From Octopus bimaculoides (taxonomy: Eukaryota), in NCBI RefSeq assembly GCF_001194135.2, contig NC_069004.1, forward strand, positions 21,001,485 to 21,065,484: DNA of 64,000 bases. Direction: 5' to 3'. A program made the translations under genes and the position numbers. The notes below the pieces were generated by a model. The model worked only from the letters and a program-made list of their open reading frames with translations. It made no database searches and was not told the DNA's origin. Each line of letters opens with the position of its first letter. Within the stretch, counting starts at the first letter, position 1. Below are positions 58,855-64,000 of this stretch, in pieces.

Positions 58855-60140
58855 CAGTATCTCTCAGAAGTATGTACACCCCTAAAAAAAATTCCATAAA
58901 ATTGCCATTAATCTGATAATATTGAAGGAAATCAAACGAAATTTATATTGAATAAAATATATTATGCATGCAAACATTATACAAATATAAAATGCAAAAC
59001 AATAAACATTTTCAAAGATATGAACGAAACAAAAATGGATTATTTGCTATGTTCAATATTTGGTGTGACTGCCCTTGCTTTCAATGACTGCCTTAAGTCT
59101 TCGGGCATAGTCAACTAAGTTTCCGCATATAACCAATGAAATCAACCTCCATTCATCCTGAATGATGTCTTTCAACTGTGTTACATTGTGGGGACTTTTC
59201 TCCTCAACCTTCCTTTTCAAAACACCCCACAAATGTCTTTTGGGTTTAAATCAGGTGACATGGTAGGCCAAGGTAATAACTTTACCTTTTTATCTTGTTG
59301 GAACATGGAATGTCTTTCTAGTTCCTTGATGCTTTTCAACATTGTTTTCTGCAATATGTCACAATAAAGCCTTGAATCCCCAAGGATGCATGAATGCAGC
59401 CATGTTTCATGGTAGGCATGGTGCATTTATCACTATTATCTTCACCTGGTCGTTGCCATACTCACTTAATAGCATTTGACCCAAACAAGTTGATCTTAGT
59501 CTCATCAGAAAAAAGAATTTTATTCCCAAACTCCTTCCCTTTATTGACATAGGTTTCAGCAAAGAAAGATGACTTGATTTATGCCTGGTAGTGAAGAGAG
59601 GCTTCCTACGAGGAATGCGTCCATGAAGTCCACACTGGTTCAAACTTCCGCAAACATTCTTTCCACTAACAGAAGACACTTACTTCTTGGGCCAATAATG
59701 AAGCAGTACAACACCTGTCGTCCATCACGCAATGTTGGATGTGGCGAATATCATGTGCAGTTAAAATAGGACAATGTGGACAATGCTTATTGCTTAGCCA
59801 TCCAGTAGCTTTCAATTTCTGAATTACTTTGGCAACTGTGTTTACACTAATATGTATTCATTTGCTAATTAACTTGTATTCTAAACCATTCTTGTGCAAA
59901 TTAAAAATAATTTTCTTCAAATCTTCATACAATTCCTTTTCTTTTGGTGCCATTTTCATCACAATGAAGAAGATTTTCACCATGGTACACAAATCAGAAT
60001 TCCTGCAGATGCAATAAGAATGACCAGAGCAAAAATGTCAGAAGAAATAATTTATCAGAATTGAAATTATCAGCATACCTGAATTTAGTAAAAAAAATGG
60101 ATAAAATATTGAATATACCAAATTACCTTTAGGGTGTACA
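58855..60140 (-). mobile_element. Degenerate Tc1 element; right TIR truncated
   Basis: TA-cagtatctctcagaagtatgtacacccct left TIR; tttagggtgtaca partial right TIR; GLHGRIPRRKPLF, FSDETKINLFG, WPTMSPDLNP. Confidence 0.85.
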
Positions 60141-61672
60141 TTAGGGTGGAGTGAAAAATGCAACTTTCAAAATTAGTAACCAAGAATTGATATTTTGTTG
60201 CAAATTAGTGCTAAAAGAAAGGTGTCTAAAGAACTTTGCATCATCATCATCATCATCATCGTTTAACGTCCGCTTTCCATGCTAGCATGGGTTGGACGAT
60301 TTGACTGAGGACTGGTGAAACCGGATGGCAACACCAGGCTCCAGTCTGATTTGGCAGAGTTTCTACAGCTGGATGCCCTTCCTAACGCCAACCACTCAGA
60401 GAGTGTAGTGGGTGCTTTTACGTGTCACCCGCACGAAAACGGCCACGCTCGAAATGGTGTCTTTTATGTGCCNNNNNNNNNNNNNNNNNNNNNNNNNNNN
60501 NNNNNNNNNNNNNNNNNNNNNNNNNNNNNNNNNNNNNNNNNNNNNNNNNNNNNNNNNCCAGTCCAGGGGCACTGGCAACGATCTCGCTCGAAAATCCTAC
60601 AGGAGCCAGTCAGGCGGTACTGGCAATGGCCACGCTCAAAATGGTGCATCTCATGTGCCACCCGCACAAGAACCAGTCCAGGGGCACTGGCAACGATCTT
60701 ACTTGGCTTGCCGGGTCTTCTCACGCACAGCACATTTCCAAAGGTCTCGGTCCGTAGTCATCGCCTCGGTGAGGCCCAATTTTTTCAGGCTCATAATGAA
60801 TACATATTTCTATGTAAAAGAATGCAAAACAGTAAATATAGTATCCTTAAGAGGTTGCATTCCCAGTTTCAAAACAATTGACTTATATCCTGATGTTCTG
60901 CATTGACTATAAAGAGAACGGGAGTGTGAACTTCTCTCCAGTGCCGCTGCAATGGTCATTGCCTGTAGATGTACATCCTATGTGTGTGAAACTTTCTGCT
61001 TTGTACCTTGATTTTAGGCCATTGTATTAAGATTAATGATCATGTTAAATTTAGTGTTGTTTACATTTAGTGATGAATCATAAGCCAATAACATGTCATG
61101 CTATTGAATGCCCAGTATTTGGTATGCCATGTGATCTTAGTGAGTGAGTTTTGCCAACTTACAAGGACGTACTAAAATGTGTTTTATTTGAACGAGAAAA
61201 AGAAAAGAATGTAGTTAGGAAAGATCCTTCAATTACACAAATTGTCAAGATTGTAGCAGAAAAGATAATCCTTCTTTGGCAAAAGGCATCCATTCCTAGT
61301 GTTACAATTGAGTCAGTTAAACCAAAAATCTTAAACTTCTGTCGAAAGTACCTAGCATTACTAAAATCAGTGAAAAATAGAAAAAATGTGCCATTGTTTC
61401 AAACAAAGTGTAATGTGTTTAAAAACAATGCAACAAAAGATTTATTTGACATTTCCTGTTGCAAGTGCAACTCCTTTAAAAACTGCAGTTGTAGGAGAGA
61501 TAAAAAAGCACCTCAGAGAAAACAAGATTTTTTACAAGATCAACAGACAAATCGACAAATGATCATTGGTGGAATAGATCAAGCAGTCTATAAACAGAAT
61601 GTTCAGAAGTTGGTTAGAAAGAACTGGCCAGAACACAGTCGCCCTTCTACACAAAAAAAAAAAAAAAAAAAA
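60141..61672 (+). mobile_element. Left part of a hATm-like DNA transposon
   Basis: Begins ttagggtgg; frame CPVFG..VLPTYKDVL...LWQKASIP...LFDISCCKC...CSC...DFLQDQQTNRQMIIGGID; family name from recall only; truncated by an N gap. Confidence 0.55.
60239..60780 (-). mobile_element. RTE-LINE 3' UTR copy inserted in the hATm-like element
   Basis: (ATC)n gtttaacgtccgctttccatgctagc... through tcgcctcggtgaggcccaat. Confidence 0.88.
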
Positions 61673-62155
61673 NNNNNNNNNNNNNNNNNNNNNNNNNNNN
61701 NNNNNNNNNNNNNNNNNNNNNNNNNNNNNNNNNNNNNNNNNNNNNNNNNNNNNNNNNNNNNNNNNNNNNNNNNNNNNNNNNNNNNNNNNNNNNNNNNNNN
61801 NNNNNNNNNNNNNNNNNNNNNNNNNNNNNNNNNNNNNNNNNNNNNNNNNNNNNNNNNNNNNNNNNNNNNNNNNNNNNNNNNNNNNNNNNNNNNNNNNNNN
61901 NNNNNNNNNNNNNNNNNNNNNNNNNNNNNNNNNNNNNNNNNNNNNNNNNNNNNNNNNNNNNNNNNNNNNNNNNNNNNNNNNNNNNNNNNNNNNNNNNNNN
62001 NNNNNNNNNNNNNNNNNNNNNNNNNNNNNNNNNNNNNNNNNNNNNNNNNNNNNNNNNNNNNNNNNNNNNNNNNNNNNNNNNNNNNNNNNNNNNNNNNNNN
62101 NNNNNNNNNNNNNNNNNNNNNNNNNNNNNNNNNNNNNNNNNNNNNNNNNNNNNNN

Positions 62156-62900
62156 TATATATATAGATAGATATAGATGTGTGTATAGGTGTCTTTGTGT
62201 CTGTGTTTGTTTTCCCCCCACCCCCCAAACCACCGTCGCTTGACAACCAATGTTGCTGTGTTTACGTCCCTGAAAATTAGTGGTTCGGCAAAAGAGACCG
62301 ATAGAATAAGTAGTAAGCTTACAAAGAAAAAGTCCAGGGGTTAATTTCTTCGACTAAAGGCAGTGCTCCAGCATGGCCGCAGTCAAATGACTGAAACAAA
62401 TAAAAGAATATACATATATATTATGTGGTAAGGCTTCAGCAAGTGAAATAGCACTTTATCAGCTAAGAGAGTAAAGATAAACAATGTACTCTCTTTCTTT
62501 CTCTTTCTTTCTCTCCCTCTCTCTCTCACACACACACACACACACATTTTCTGTTATCTTTCACTTGTTTCAGTCATTGCAGTGCAGCCGTGGTGGGACA
62601 CCATCTTGTGCAGTTTTCATCAAACAGATTGCCCACAGTACTTATTTTTTAAGTCTATTGCTCTCTTTTGTCGAAACAGAGACATTAACAAGCCAACACC
62701 ACTTTTCAAACAGTGGGAAGAACACAGGCACAAAGACACACATGCACATATATAACAAGCTTCCACACAGTTTCCAGACTCACTCACGAGGCATTAGTTG
62801 GCCCAGGAGTATGGCAGAAGACACCCAAAGTGTTGTGTAGAAGGACTGAACCTGAAACTACAAGGTTGCAATGCATCTTAATCACACAGCCAAGTCTGTG
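62156..62900. mobile_element. SINE family A copies (plus-strand tail 62185-62410; minus-strand copy 62565-62900)
   Basis: gcttgacaacc...gatagaataagta...gtcaaatgactgaaac and its degenerate reverse complement. Confidence 0.75.
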
Positions 62901-62974
62901 CCTATGTATATGAGAATGCATATGGTAGAAGGATAGTCTTCCAAATGTGGAACCAAAAGAGGCATTGGCTGTCA

Positions 62975-63212
62975 GAGTTGACAGCAGTGTGATAGCAGTG
63001 TGATAGATAAAGCAATTAAGAATATGAAGATGGTGAAAGTCCCTGGTCCATCAGGAATTACTGCCGACATGCTTAAAATACTGGATGGACAGTGGTATGG
63101 GCTAGTCACACGTATAGTTAATCAGGTAGTCCAAGAAAGTGTCATACCCAACCACTGGTGTAACAGCATTATAGCCAACTACTAAAAAGGTAAAGGAGAT
63201 GCCTTAGACTGA
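62975..63212 (+). mobile_element. RTE RT fragment
   Basis: IDKAIKNMKMVKVPGPSGITADMLK...VIPNHWCNSIIANY*KGKGDALD. Confidence 0.8.
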
Positions 63213-63224
63213 GGTATCAAAAAT

Positions 63225-63500
63225 ACTATTTCAAACTTCATGCAATAGATTTCTTAAGCAACACAGTTCTCCTGCCTTTAGTGTGACAACATAAACATGA
63301 CTAAGTGTTTCTTCTTTGAAAACGTTCAAATGGCCTTCAACTTATTTTCTTGTTTCCTTCTTTGCCATTCTTTGTTACTACTGTTTCAAGTGAAATACAG
63401 GGTACTTCAACATAAAGTAATGTTTTTGCGAAGTCATCATTGATGTGCATTGAAAAGAATTCTATCAATGCTGTTCTCATATGTTGTTCATTGACAGCCA
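63225..63500 (-). mobile_element. Helitron Rep/helicase fragment
   Basis: Minus strand: RTALIEFFSMHINDDFAKTLLYVEVP then LSHVYVV...LRNLLHEV, matching my recall of Helitron TTLTAFF..DDFAKTLLY.EVP...LGRVYTV..LRLLLH. Confidence 0.65.
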
Positions 63501-64000
63501 TGATGATGATGATGATGATCTTTTCTCCTGCCATGCCTCTGTCTACCTCTCCATCCTCTCTAAATCAGTCCCTCTCTCTCTCTCTCTCGTAGTTTTTCCT
63601 TAAGGTTTTCAGGTTCTGGGTATATATAAATGAGAAATCCATTCTAAATTATCTCAATCTCTTCTCCGCTGACATACTACGACGAAGTCTCCAAGATGCA
63701 GATAACAGAGATTTTTATTTATTTACGGCCTCAAACATCTCATACCTTTCATGCTTTAGTCTGCCCTCTATTATTTATCTTGTCTCTCTCCATGAAATTC
63801 AATTGAATTCAGTTTTTGTCTTAAATTCATACTTATTCATTTTCTAAGCTTCCTAAATTCATGCTACGTATATATTCTATTCACCTAGATTTCATTGCTC
63901 TTTTAAAAATTACGATTTATGCATTGTTGTCTCTCAAATATTTAAAATCTACGATCAAGAGCCCTATCTCCTCGCTGATGGTACACCCGCCCCTCCACCC

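Noticed and set aside
5154-62250. Many ORF-track entries rich in X, I/Y, C/V, H/T or poly-residue runs
   Set aside because: They are translations of N gaps and microsatellites, not genes.

Overview
AT-rich, microsatellite-dense eukaryotic (metazoan) DNA from a gapped draft assembly, with N gaps at 7352-7626, 14545-14725, 25701-26011, 33438-33638, 36519-36618, 38605-38673, 56665-56764, 60473-60557 and 61673-62155. The SINE/RTE repeat families look like those of Octopus; this is inference from recall, not a database match. I cannot support any host protein-coding gene, so the window looks intergenic or deep-intronic and consists mostly of decayed, nested transposons. Retroelements: two Penelope-like elements plus a non-coding inverted derivative, RTE LINEs (one near full length with a PHD finger inside the RT region), R4/Dong-like and HERO-like RLE LINE remnants, an internally deleted Gypsy element with LTRs/PBS/PPT/TSD, and at least three tRNA-derived SINE families. 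DNA transposons: several mariner and Tc1 copies, Buster-type hAT, hATm-like, MULE and Helitron fragments. The most notable items are (i) a minimal type I hammerhead ribozyme motif in an inverted, Penelope-like pseudo-LTR pair at about 28.5-30.4 kb, (ii) several long fold-back (palindromic) transposon derivatives, and (iii) an unidentified, hairpin-rich, GC-rich 710-bp insertion at 48469-49178. None of these is demonstrably a new biological system; they are candidates to test.
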